Shown one piece after another: positions 27,287 through 39,622 of a stretch of 64,000 nt of DNA. Under the pieces are notes generated by a model. It was not told the DNA's origin, made no database searches, and worked only from the letters and a program-made list of their open reading frames with translations. The position numbers were made by a program, and so were the translations under genes. This DNA comes from Curvularia clavata (Eukaryota), in NCBI GenBank assembly GCA_023920165.1, contig CP089280.1, positions 806,001-870,000 of the forward strand, written 5' to 3'. Within the stretch, counting starts at the first letter, position 1. Each line of letters begins with the position of its first letter.

Positions 27287-27600
27287 ATCAACCAGTCTAC
27301 TTACCTCAGCGGTCGGGTGGGCTCCTAGCAACGAAAGACGACACTGGGTTCCCGATCGAGCAAAATAATTCCCCAATCACTTTGGGATGCCCTAAGGAGA
27401 CAGGATGCCCTGACCACCGCAGGAAGGCAAGATTGCAACATGTAATAGACTGCTGACAGGCATAGGAAAGTCTCGAATAACCCAGTGTTGTCGTCACCAA
27501 CATTGGGTTGCTAAGCTAGGAGGGCGGCCGTCTGGAGTTCGAATCCCGGGACGGCCGTTGGAGCAACAGAAGTTGAGCTGAGTGGATTGGTTGATTTTTT
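27287..27600 (+). ncRNA. Unassigned ~310-nt structured RNA with RNA polymerase III signals
   Basis: A-box-like TACCTCAGCGG (27302-27312), perfect B box GTTCGAATCC (27537-27546), T6 at 27595-27600. Nested complementary segments: 27287-27302 with 27580-27595; 27322-27329 with 27515-27522; 27337-27350 with 27479-27495; hairpin 27524-27558. Confidence 0.8.
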
Positions 27601-27611
27601 GTATTTTTTTT
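27595..27611 (+). terminator. Oligo-T Pol III terminator
   Basis: TTTTTT followed by GTATTTTTTTT immediately after the 3' strand of the closing helix. Confidence 0.65.
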
Positions 27612-28613
27612 ACTCTCTTTTTGCACTTTTTTTTACGCCTTACCCTAATAAATAGAGCGTGTGTAGATACTTTAGAATATATTACTTACTGCTAAGAGCT
27701 ATAGCGACTGGACAGCTATATGTACTGTACAACCCTAATTGCTAGAATAAGCTAACTACTGCGAGTCTCGTATACGGGCTGCAGAATTGATCTGTCTATG
27801 CATGCTCTCTTTCGATAAGGGCGTGGTGTTGCTTACACAGACGGCACGTGATACACGACTATACATTCTAGGAATACCAGTTAACTACGGCTCAGCTTAT
27901 TATATCATCTATCCACCCATGCAACATAAAACACGTATCGAGCTCTGTTGGAAACCCGCTGTCTTTGCTTGGTTCTGACTCGCTTTGCAGGCCAAGTGCA
28001 TCGCAGTCCTTCTATTGTCAAGGATATTGCCGGTTCGCTGATCGATGTTTTCCTTGCACCATGGAATGAGTCCCTGCACGGATGTTGTTTTGCCGCCCAC
28101 CGAGTTGCCATGATCCTCATGCTGGCAACATGATTCCATTGACCACGTCTTCAACCTGCTGCTCGAACTAATACCGCGGCGCTTGTATGGGTGTTTTAAT
28201 GTTGAGGTTGTCGCCTGCCTAGTTCCTTTGGGCTACGCGCGAAACGGCCGGCGGCTACGTACGCCGTCAGGCAGCCTCATCACCCCACTCTTTAATACTT
28301 CAACGTCCCACACAGCCTGCCTGACCGGAGAATATACAACTCCTACACCCAATCAGCGCTACATGCGAGGCGTCCCGTCCCGCCAAGTCTGCGATGCGAG
28401 GCTTCCGCTTTTCCTCCGTAACAGAGAATGTGGCGTAGCGCAATGCAGAATGCCCATCTTGCCTAGTCTCAGACATTCCGAGACGGGGGCCAATTCGTTA
28501 GGCCGGGCGCCTAAATGCTGTACACCTTGTATCTTTTTTTAAGTATATCACGTTATATCCTCGAAGTAGCCTGTGCTTTCTCTTCCATCCGCCAGTCCCC
28601 CGGGTTTGCAACA

Positions 28614-30698
28614 ATGGCCTACGAACCTGTCGGCCGCTCCCAGGGCCCACGCATCTCCACCAGCGACGACATGGAGCCAAGAACACGATACGACGCCGGC
28701 TCGTACAACAGTGAACCTTCAGCAACCGATTCCCAGTACTGTAGAACGGAAGATGGCGGCAAAGGTGCGACTTGGTCCTCAAGGGAGACCATCAAAGACC
28801 AATGGCCTTTGCAGTCGCAAAAATTGGCGCCCATGACTCCCATGCGAGGGTTCATCATGGTTTTCGACGTAATTCTAGCATCGATGCCTATAATGTTTAT
28901 TGGTAGGTCCTGCATTGCCTCGCCTCATTATTGCCTATTGATTTGGTGCAGCTCTTGCCATCGTGGCTGCCAGACTGAACGGCCAAGAAGTTTCTGATTA
29001 CGGTACCAAACTAAAAGAGACGCTGCTTATATCGCCAACCCTCTTCCCACTCCTCTTCGCAGCCTTGATGGGAAGATTCTTTCGCCATTTTGGCCTCTGG
29101 CTCGCCCAGCGAGGAACAACTCTCGGTCGCCTGGAACAGCTAGTCGGCTGTCAATCCGTCTTCTCTGCGCTTGAGCGTCAGATTAGTCTGGGTACATGGT
29201 CCGTTGTCGGGGTGGCATCAATCCTGATCTGGCTCCTCTCTCCAGTCGGAGGTCAATCGGCACTGCGTCTGCTAGACCAGGAAACTGGCGTAATCCGTTC
29301 GACTCACCAGCTGCGTTACTTGAACCCCATGACATTCATGGACAGCATTATGAGCTCGTCAAGTTTCATCAACGAAGGTCGGATTAGCTTCACGTCCATC
29401 ACCCTTGCAGCTTTACTCAGTAGTTCCCGATACCAGAACACGTCCATGGACATGTGGTGGGTTTCTCTGCGTTGTTGCCGAACAATATTAGGTTAACATG
29501 ATCCAGGGGAAACGTCAAACTCCCTCTATACCGCTCCATTGAGAACAGCACTTCAGACGAATGGAAAATCGTCCCGCAATTGACCAGCCAAAACGTTACA
29601 TATGCTTCTTTGATAGGCATTCCGGTACTTGGTCTATCCAATGGCGTCAGCAATTTTACTGTCCGAGCCCGCCAATGGGATGTAACGTGCTCGAGCAATA
29701 AAGAAGTTGATAAAAAACCATCAAATTTCGGAGATGAATACCCATGGCAAGTAAGCATCATGACGAACGCTACGGTGGCATGCATGAATGGGAAGCAATG
29801 CGTGAAGACGATGTGCGCACGCTATCCTTGTCCAATTCAAAGTATTAGTCTTGGCAAGAAAAATCCAGATGTATTCACCATCTCTAACTGCGACCTGTCA
29901 TTTGGAAATTTTGAAGCGGCGGTGAAATGCACAGGGAAAGCATGTGCTGTGGAAAAGATGAGGAAAGTCCCCTTGTTGGACGATAAATACCCGATCGGTT
30001 ATGATATTGCAATTCGCAGCACATTCGTCACCAATCAAATGATGCACATGCCTATCATGGACGTTTATAAGGTCTCAATGCCACAAGCTCGAGGCTCGAC
30101 GACCCTGGAGAGGTGGATAAAAGACCCTTCCAACTTCATTGGTCAATGGGCTGGCAATGTCGGTCTCTGGACACTATCGCCAGCTGAGTTTGGGGATCGA
30201 TTTACGATCCTATATAACACCTTCTGGCAGTCCACATACGCAATGCCCGCTTTGGCTGGCAATGTTCCAGCATCGACGCTTGAAACTGGATGGATGAACG
30301 ATACAACTACGACTTTCAATACATCGTTTGTTCCGACGGAAGCATTCCTAACCACGGACACTAAGTCAGCGTACAAGACCAACTGGAAGTGGTTCACAGC
30401 GCTCCTGGTCTGTTCCGTCATACTTCTGATCGCATCATACACTGCTCTTGTTCTGAAATACATTACCATAGCCCCGGACATCATTGGCTACGCATCTTCG
30501 CTGACAATTCTGAACCCGTACGTTCCGACACCAACTGGAGGCACAACATTGAACGGTTTGGAGAGAGCCGCCTTACTGCGGGATATGCCGGTGCGGATAG
30601 GCGATGTTACTCCAAACGAGCCTGTAGGCGTGATTGCTTTGGCAAAGGCCGACACGGGGCAAGTAGCAAGATTGGACAGGCAACGATCGTACATTTGA
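28614..30698 (+). CDS. Hypothetical multi-pass membrane protein, ~661 aa
   Basis: Introns 28903-28951 and 29457-29506 splice in frame. Several hydrophobic segments; motifs WLLSPVGGQSALR, DMWGNVKLP and PDIIGYASSLTILNPY...GLERAALLRD. Confidence 0.85.
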
Positions 30699-31447
30699 GG
30701 GTTTCGAGACGGGTTGCTCGAAGAAATACGGAGCACTAGACGCCAAGACTAAGCGAGTCGACCGACGGCGCCTTGTGCGATGCGCAAACTATTTCAGCTT
30801 CAATTAAGGACATTCTCAATGAGTGCATTGTATCACGTCGTCAGCTCGTGGGGTATGATCGCCGTGCCAAGTTTAATGACATTCGGAGGTATTCTCACCA
30901 GAATCCGGGCCAGCGGTTACGTGACAGGACGGTACTGATTCACTTCGCTGTAAGCACCTGTCATTATCCACCGGACTTGCGCTCCACGGGTTCTGTGGCG
31001 CTTCTCTACACGGATCTACTGGAACATCTGTTTTGGCGGCATAGTCGGTGAAGAAGCAATGATGCAGTTACTGTGTCGTCTGTGGTTTCAGGTACCTGAG
31101 GCGCGAACGCGTCTGCTTACCGGATTCGGTATCACGGTAAAGCCGAAGAATGATACACCATGCTGCAGAAGGCTGCTTACAGGCGGTACAGAGTAAGACG
31201 GGAGCGTATATATATCTCGAGTGCAAGTCCATCTCAAATCATCAAGCACAGCTCAAACAACATTCACTTTTTCGCATCACATTCTTTTCTCCAGTAGCGC
31301 TAGCCGCACTATCCGTCCATTTCTTAGATAACGACTCTTTAACACTTTACACATATACCCACTTTTTCTTGTTTGATTTTCTCAGAACATTTTATCTTGT
31401 CCCACGACCCGAGCCAAGGAGCCAAGAAAAAGCTTAACTATCTGAAA

Positions 31448-32014
31448 ATGAAGTTCACTACCAGCACTATCCTCGCTCTCAACATCGCGGCGCTGTCCAA
31501 TGCGCTCGCCATCTCCCCCCGCCAGAACAACCTGCAGACCTTCACTGGCAATCTCGGTGTGGCTGCTACACCCGTCCTCAACTCTGGCGACGCCAAACGC
31601 CCCTTTAGCGTCAAGGGCGATACTTTCGGTTTGTATTTTCCATTGCGCTGTTGCTCCACGTATACTAACAATGGCTAGTGAATCTCGCGGCTGCACTGCA
31701 GCGATCCTGCGACCAGCAGTTTAACGGATGCGCTACCAAGGCCAACAGTGGAGACAAGACCCTTTCTGTATCAGCATGCCAGGACCAGAAGAGTAAGTGG
31801 TGTTGTGATTGATATTTGCTACGACAATACTAACGATTTGATAGCTCAGTGTAGTGCTGCGAGCCAAGGTGCGGCCGCTGGGGGTCAACAGGCCGCTGGA
31901 GCTCAACAGGCTGGTCAAGGTCAGCAGGCGGCTAAGGGCCAGAAGGCTGGTCAAGGCCAAGCAGCTCAGAACCAGGCCGCCCAGGGTCAGAGTTGTCAGG
32001 GTCAGAAGGCTTAG
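31448..32014 (+). CDS. Small secreted cysteine-containing protein with a G/Q/A-rich tail, ~154 aa
   Basis: Introns 31629-31678 and 31793-31844. Signal peptide MKFTTSTILALNIAALSNA, an SPRQ processing-like site, and core RSCDQQFNGCATKAN...SACQDQKTQC. Confidence 0.85.
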
Positions 32015-32260
32015 AAGATCGAAACGACCAAGAAAGTAGCCACAACTGAAACTGTTTCTCGGTAGGAAACTGCTTACAAACGGGTTGTACTATGAAACCC
32101 TGTGCGTGTTACGCTACCGTGGGATCACGGAAATGCAATGATAGCTCAATGCCTCGCTAGGCCAAATAGCACACGGGGCGCAATCTTCCGGGCGCACTTT
32201 ACAAGATTACAAATTTCTCAAGAACATGTCGTGGCTCACTACTCATTTTGTCTGCTTTTC

Positions 32261-33693
32261 TTATTGTGACGTGGATGTATTTGCAGTGACTCTCTTCTCC
32301 TCTTCCGCCGCATCTTTCGCAGCTCCATCTTTCCTTGGCAGGTTCTTCAGACATGGCGCATAAAACAGCTGGCCGTTCCATGCACCTCTGACTGTGCCCA
32401 CGAAGACGACGCACCAGAGGATGATGACAGCGACGGAGAAAATCGTGCCCAGTACCCGGAAGAACAGGCTCGGAATGATGTGACCGAGTTGAATGGTACT
32501 CAGTGCGAATACTCCTAGGGGAAACGTGAAACCCCACCATCCCATGGAAAATGGAATAGGACGCGATTTGTATATGGAAGCCAGGGCGAAACAGAGCCAG
32601 GTTATTCCAAAAGACCACATGATGAGAGCTGTGAAGATGCCAATGACGTAGAAGATATCTCCAGCAATAGGAATGTCGGAGAAGGATTCAGTCTGTGGAA
32701 AGACACGGCGACAGGTTGAACCGAGATGTAAGACGGCATAGCCACCCAAACCCAAAGGACCCAGCGGCAGGAAAGACGACACGATAATCTCACGAGGTGG
32801 CAGTTTGTGCAGTGCCAGGCGCGTATAGTACATGACTATTACCGTCATGGATAGAGGAACGGCCATGCCCCACATGATGTAAGATGCCAGTATCGTTCCA
32901 AGAGCATGCTCTGGATTTGTCAAACTCTCCGCAACTCGGGCGCCCGCACCAGAAGCTACCACAGACGCCGAAATGGGCAGCAGCTGTGCCGCTGTAATTT
33001 TGTCCAGAGCCTGGCGACGACTTGCCGATATCAAAAGGACGGTCAGAGAAATGGTGACTGTAACAGCCGCCACAGAGTCAATCATCCAGCAGACCCATGC
33101 AAATTGCACAGCCCAGTGTCCCCAGTAGGGAATACAAATCGAGCACCAAGCTGATATGAGCGTCGAAAAGCCCATTGGAACCGTACCCAGAAACAGCGAA
33201 TTGGCACTGTCGGCAATCATGACGGGCCATATCTCCGGATACGCGACATACCGGAAGACGGAAATGGCTAAGGCGCATGAGAAGAGAATAGCATTGAAGC
33301 CGAAGAAAAAGACGGAGAGCCAGTAGAGCCAATCTGCAGGGAACGGGATGGAAACGAGAAGCAGAGACACGACGCCTGTGCCTGTTGTTACGGAGAACCA
33401 GGAGGGAGAGAAGTTGCGGACAATCCTACGCCAGCCACGCTATTGGCAGAAACAGAGAATGTTAGCTCAACAAGGTAAGTTTGCATGATGCAAGTAGTGA
33501 GAAAACGTACGTCGTATTTCGTCGTGTAGTCCTCTGGTTCGACGCTCTCCTGTGACCCACTCGACTCGGGTGCAGTGGTCGTTCCTCTAGTAGCCCCTCG
33601 CGACCTGTGGCGTTGCACGGAAGTATCTTGCGTCGTGGGCGGCCACAGCGCAGGGTTGTTCGTTGCTACACGGTCTAATTCGTACTCATCCAT
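32261..33693 (-). CDS. SSU1: Sulfite efflux pump / C4-dicarboxylate transporter (TDT/SLAC1 family), ~453 aa
   Basis: Intron 33440-33510. Motifs GWRRIVRNFSPSWFSVTTGTG, SLFLGTVPMG, HKLPPREIIVSSFLPLGPLG, FSMGWWGFTFPLG and LFYAPCL. Confidence 0.88.
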
Positions 33694-34284
33694 CTTCGCA
33701 ATGAGGCAATTGTTAGAGCAATGAAGCTGAGCTTGAACTTTTCATATTCATGAACTTTTTTTTCTGGTCCAGGCAGCTTACGAACGATGATTGATGGGTC
33801 CGTTTCCACCCGGGTTAACTACGTCAGTTTAGGACATGGGTTAGCAAAAAGGTCTAATCCAATCACGTGGCGAGGGAGCACGGACCGGATTGGTGAGTTT
33901 CACAAGGCTTGCAACTTGCGAACAGATCCTCAACTTCCCGCAAACTAGACACTCTAACAACACGAATATTTGATCCATCTTGTTCGTCGCTCTGGATCCC
34001 CGCTTTCTGGCTGTGTTTCCCGGACCAGACTGGAGTCTTGCGTGTGTAGTTGTTACGAAAGAGGGGGGACGGAGGAGGAACAAAAAAACAAGATTATCTA
34101 TCGCATTCCGCACGTCCTTAGAAGAGCCGAAAAGGTCGCTTTTTTCCCGATCTCGACGTCCCAACATTTCCGTGGTGAACATCACTGGACCCTGAAGTCT
34201 TTTGCAATCGGAGAATTTGGACGCATCGCGCACCCTCCATCAGAGTAGAATCCTGCGATAATTGCTTTGCGCGCATGCACAGCA

Positions 34285-35121
34285 ATGCCCGGGTTCCTGG
34301 ACCTGCCGTTGGAGCTGCGCAACCACGTGTACGAGACGCTGCTTAATGAGGACCTGGAGCCAAGTTTCCGTGGGGTCATGGTAGTATCTGAACACTATGT
34401 TCGCAACGACCTGCCGCTTTGCTGTTACCGGGGCCTCCTGCGCGTATGTCGACAGACGTATCGAGAGTTCAAGCAAGCAATACAGCACCAAGTTGCATCC
34501 AAGCGCTTAAGATACGAATTCGATATAACTTTTTCCCATGGCCGCCCGTACTTTTCCCTCACGTGGATCCGCTTTGCGGCGCTCTCGCCCACGATAAACC
34601 AGTTGTGCATCAATGTCGATTTAAGGACGAGAGAGCCGCTGCGAGATGGACCGAGAGAATCCTTTGTCCCGCATGAACATGAACTGGCGCATTTGCTGGA
34701 ACACTCACCGACGTGCTTTGCAAAACAGCTCTTCGATTATATTGCGATATTCCTAAAGACACTGGCAAATTTACTGTTTCAGGGCGACCCGCATTTCAGT
34801 GTCTTGTATACAGAATGCATGACACTGAATCTGCGTACCCCGACGAAAGTTGTCGCGCTGGGAGGCGGCGGCCATAATCCTATTGCGCTATCCCGCCGTC
34901 TTCGTGTGGATCAGACAGAGGCACGCAAGCTGCACGACACCATGCGCGACACGCTGCGGGCCACGTCGAAGCATTTTCAGGCTTTCAATGCGAACGAGTG
35001 TAATCGTCTGTTTCCGCTCATACAGATTGGTTGTCTGCGGTTTGCGACGGAAGGTGAGGTTTGGGGTGAGGGACATAATTTAGTCCTTGCTCATGACGAT
35101 TTTCAGTGGCTTAGGTATTAA
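34285..35121 (+). CDS. Hypothetical protein with an N-terminal F-box-like motif, 278 aa
   Basis: Single exon; begins MPGFLDLPLELRNHVYETLL, with LLRVCRQTYRE further on. Confidence 0.75.
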   Translation: MPGFLDLPLELRNHVYETLLNEDLEPSFRGVMVVSEHYVRNDLPLCCYRGLLRVCRQTYREFKQAIQHQVASKRLRYEFDITFSHGRPYFSLTWIRFAALSPTINQLCINVDLRTREPLRDGPRESFVPHEHELAHLLEHSPTCFAKQLFDYIAIFLKTLANLLFQGDPHFSVLYTECMTLNLRTPTKVVALGGGGHNPIALSRRLRVDQTEARKLHDTMRDTLRATSKHFQAFNANECNRLFPLIQIGCLRFATEGEVWGEGHNLVLAHDDFQWLRY

Positions 35122-35654
35122 GTCACTTCTTGTTTCTGCTTCTTTTCCTTTCAGCCAGCGGTACATGGATGATATGAGTTACGAATTTGAATCATGAGCG
35201 TAGAGATATATACATAGACGGTGGATTTTTCGTGAACATATTTAGTTGCGTTTTCTTTTGTTTCGTGGAGGCGTTTTGTGCTGTTAGCGTGGGAGGAGTA
35301 TCTGGTACTTATTTGATATGCGCACATGTGTTCGTATACCTCTGCAATTTCGGTCATGACTTTTTGAGCGATATCATGCAACATCTTATTTTCTTCCTCC
35401 CTTATATTACGTAGATACCTCTAAGTGCTGATCTAGTCACGCCACTTAGCTAAGAATGCAAACAAATCACGGCAGCTGTAACTGCCTTTTTCCCCAATTT
35501 CTAATGAGAAAACAAAAACCCCAGTGATTCTTTTCCATGCGCCTCTCTTATGTGCAAAGGATGATGAAGAAATGGCATGAAAAGTCTTGAACGCGCTGCG
35601 CAACCCGCAAAAGAAAGGATAAGACGAGCAGAGAAATACGAACCCTCAAAAATC

Positions 35655-37628
35655 TCAATCGCTAAATCCCTCAAACTCATCTTCCTCGTCCTGTGCCTCC
35701 TTCTCCGCTACCTTCTTCCTCACCTGAGCAATCATACTCTTCAATCTCTCCTCCTCCTTACGCTCCTCCTCTGTCATAGCCGCGACACGCTCATGCTCGC
35801 GTCTCGCCGTCTTCTTCTCTCTCCTCAGTTCCTTGAGTGCCTTCATATCCTTCTGTTGCGTCCAGGCTGATGCCTTCTTGTCCTCAGGGACGTATCGCTT
35901 CTTCTTTCCGTCAGTCTTGTTGGCCTCGTACTCGGCCTGCTCGGCCTGACGTTGCTGCTCGCGCGCCTTGTCCTTGTATGCGTAGGTGCTAAAGTCTATT
36001 TCAACGCCGAGACTGCGGTCGCCGTCCCATTTCTTGAGCTCGGGCATGCTAGGGAGTTTGAGGAGGCCCCAGGCATGGCCTTGTTCGGTCCAGTCTAGAT
36101 CCGGGATGCGAAAGATGGAACTAGCTGTATGTTTGCTGTAGGCGCGGACCCATGAGACGAAGCCTCGTTGGGCCTTGTCGAAGAGGGCTCGGTCAGACTT
36201 GACTACTTTTCTTATCTTGTTACTTGTTGCTTGTGCTTCTTCCTCTGAGACTTCGATCTTCGGGTTGGTCAGCGGTGATATTGGCGTCTGTCGGACCCGG
36301 AGAAACTCGACGTAATCTTCTTCGCGACCTGGATTGAGGAATGTCACAGCCAGTCCTTTGCGGCCGGCTCGACCTGCACGGCCGCAACGGTGGATGAAGG
36401 TTTTAGGGTCACTGGGTGCGTCGAGCTGCAAAACTAAATCGACTGAAGGTATGTCAAGACCTCGAGCTGCAACGTCGGTGGTTAAGAGAATGGTGGGGGT
36501 TACGCTGTCAACAAACTTGTTGAAGTTTCTTCGGCGGACCTTGTCCGGGTGCTTTCCGTGCATAGGAATAATGGCGTAACCCTTGAGCACTTCCGGTAGA
36601 ACGTGTTGGAAGTAGTCGACTGAATAGCAGGTTGCCAGGTACATTATCGACTTCTGAGGCTGAGGTTGCAGGGATGCCAGTAGTTTCTTGACGGCAGGGA
36701 GCTTGTGTGATGCGGGCATGACAAGGTATGACATCTGCAGACTTGCAGGCGTCCTCTTGTCCTCGATAGCCCCCGCCTCGCCTGTTGCACTAGGCGCAGC
36801 GCGTGCCTTGACCTTGACAGCGATACGAACTGGATTTCGGAGACCAACGCGAATGAGCTGGTCAACTGCCTCACTCACACTTGCACTGAAGAGGCCTGTC
36901 CGACGCTGCTTGGGTAAACGAGAAAGGATCTTCTGTAGATCATCTTTGAAACCAAGATCCAGGAGGCGATCGGCTTCGTCGAGCACAAGAGCATCGAAAG
37001 AGGACTGTGAGCAATGGACATGCGGAGAAGAAAGGAGTTCGAGAAGGCGACCGGGGGTGCCGATGAGAACATTGGTGGATGATTTGAGGAATCTGCTGAG
37101 ATCTTGGGCTGGTGTCACTGAGCCGCCGAGGAGCAACTGGGGAACAACCCTGAGGGTTCCTGGTGGAAACGTCTGCTTTGGTGGCGCGTCAGCGTCCTCC
37201 ATATCGGTGTCCTCATCTTCCGGATCCAGTAAGGCTGCAGAGGGAGCGTGAAATCTGAGAAGCGAGGCCAAGACGTTGTAAATCTGTGTTGCCAGTTCTC
37301 TGGTTGGCGATATGATGATGGCTCCCACGTGATTCTTCTTTATAGGCGCATCTAATCGAAGCAAGCGCTCAACAATAGGTATGAGGAAGCTGGATGTATG
37401 TTAGCAGAAGCATTTTAGGAGTGTTTATGAGCATTACGCAAGAGTTTTCCCACTTCCAGTAACGGCCTCAACTACGACATCTGAGTTCTTCATGAACATG
37501 GGAATCGCCGCATGTTGCACCGGCGTAGTCTTGACAAAACCCATGGAATCGACCGCTTCAAGGATCCATTCCGACAAGGCTGGCGTTAAGGCGCCGAAAG
37601 AGCGATCCATCTTTGCCTGGGGCGCCAT
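35655..37628 (-). CDS. SPB4: ATP-dependent rRNA DEAD-box helicase Spb4 (DDX55), ~641 aa
   Basis: Intron 37390-37437. Motifs [46 protein letters not shown]-like (LIRVGLRNP), [19 protein letters not shown] and [11 protein letters not shown]. Confidence 0.95.
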
Positions 37629-38410
37629 GGCGGAATTCACGTTTCGAAAAGGGACTTTTGGTGCCGCTGGCAAAGTCGCGATGTTGGTTCAGAAAAAAGT
37701 TACGCCTCGCGCACGGACCATATATGGTTGGTCGGGAACTATTTCCAGCCTGCATACACCAACCTGCACGCGCCGATGTTTGTCTGTCATGGAAGTGCGT
37801 GTATTGAAGACATCAGCATGACACGGCCCGAGAAGAGAAATGCCCGCTTCCGAGCCGTGCAGGGCATGCAAGATACTGTCGCGACACACTCTGATGGCAT
37901 CGCCAAGACGGTCCGCCGCTACGCTTGAGGATCGGCACAGGCGTGAACCAGTCGACACCATCCGCAGGCGGCGCTGCTGTCAAATTTCCCAGGCTGTCAT
38001 GCGACGAAATTGCATCGCCATTGTTGCCGCCGTCGCTGTTGGTCTGACCCGTCATCCCCTGTTCACCCGCCATAGCCATATAATCAAGACGGCTGCCGCT
38101 GTCGCCTGCAAAAATTGTGGCCTCTCCCGTCGTCGTCAACCATGCGCGCTGCCCGGACGAATCTGCGGGCTGCGAGTGTCCAGTAATATCTGATCCTGAC
38201 ATCAATCCTGAGGTCGCCCTACTAAAGGCCACCATTCCGCGTGACAGGCGTGACGCGCCCGCTCAGCCTCATCCCCTCTACCCGGCATCTCCAGGCCCGC
38301 AGTCCTTGCTTGTGAACCTCGCCTTCCTCTGCTCTACGGCCCGCTCCACCCTCTCCGGCGTCATCCGCCCTCCGACTTTCCCTCACTTTCCACTCTGCTG
38401 GCGTGTTGCC

Positions 38411-39622
38411 ATGGAGTCCTCGCGCCAATATCAAGTCCCGCACACGCCGCGCGTGATATCGCCCTCGCCCACGCCTTCAGAGTCTGGCAGCACAAAAGAT
38501 GGCTACTTTGGGCCCGTAACGCGCTCGGCGGCGCGCAAACAGCGCCTTACGTCACCGCCAGCGATTGATGAAGACTCGTCAGGCTCTGATCCTGACAAGA
38601 GAGCGCGAACCAGAAGCCGGAGTCCTGTTGTGCAAAAAGTGGGAGGAAGGCGGCGGATGAGCGCCCTGGCAAGCCGCAGACAGATGAATGGAACTGCGAA
38701 GAAGGACCTCGCATTGCCAGGCGACACAACAAATGGACACTTGTCGCCGGCAGCTGCCAACAAGAATTACTGGAGGGAAATGAGCAGAAGTCCAAGTCCT
38801 CTCGGCCTGATTCCCATCCACCAAAAGTGGCGGTCATTTGTGAGTGTCACATGCTAATTTCTTTTTTCTGAGGCCTCTGCCTAACAGTCACAGATCCACC
38901 GGCATGAGATACCCCGCAAGATTCTTCATGTCTCCATCGGGTTCATTACCATCTTTCTCTACTGCACCGGCACGCAAACCTCGCAGATACACAATGTCCT
39001 CCTCACGATGCTGATTCCCATTGCCCTCACTGACGTCATCCGACATCGCTACTGGCAAGTGAACCGCCTATACATTCGCTGCCTCGGCGCATTGATGCGC
39101 GAATCCGAAGTCGATGGCTACAACGGTGTCATTTCATACCTCCTCGGTGCTTGGATTGTAATGCGCTTCTGTCCCAAGGACATTGCGGTCATGAGCATCT
39201 TGCTACTGAGTTGGTGCGACACTGCGGCTTCGACGTTTGGCAGGCTCTGGGGCCATCTCACGCCTAGGGTCCGGAAAGGCAAGAGTCTGGCAGGATCCAT
39301 CGCAGCCTGTGCGACGGGCGTCATTACAGCCGCAGTGTGGTGGGGCTGGCTTGGTCCTGCATACTCAGAGTACAACCACGATGAGCACGCGTTCGCCTTC
39401 CAAGGCGCTCTCGCCCTACCTCTGCAAGTACGAGAGGCATTCGGCTTGTCCATCAGCCAGGCTTCGGTTACAGGGCACGTGGCTTTGGGCGTCATGTCTC
39501 TGGCAGCCGGCATCATTGCCAGTGCCAGCGAAGCTATCGACGTCTTTGGCTGGGACGACAATCTTACTATCCCCGTGCTTTGTGGTGCCGGCCTATGGAG
39601 CTTCGTTAAGATGTTCGGGTGA
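38411..39622 (+). CDS. DGK1: CTP-dependent diacylglycerol kinase (cytidylyltransferase family), ~385 aa
   Basis: Intron 38840-38893. Motifs HEIPRKILHVSIGF, GALMRESEVDGYNGV, LSWCDTAASTFGR, KSLAGS and WDDNLTIPV. Confidence 0.92.

Noticed and set aside
27287..27600. tRNA gene or U1 snRNA
   Set aside because: Only a T-arm-like B box is present, with no acceptor or anticodon arms. The U1-like 8-mer lacks the U1-70K loop and Sm site.
38117..38410. N-terminal extension of DGK1 from a GTG
   Set aside because: The ATG at 38411 has good context (GCCATGG), and the upstream sequence looks like 5'UTR.
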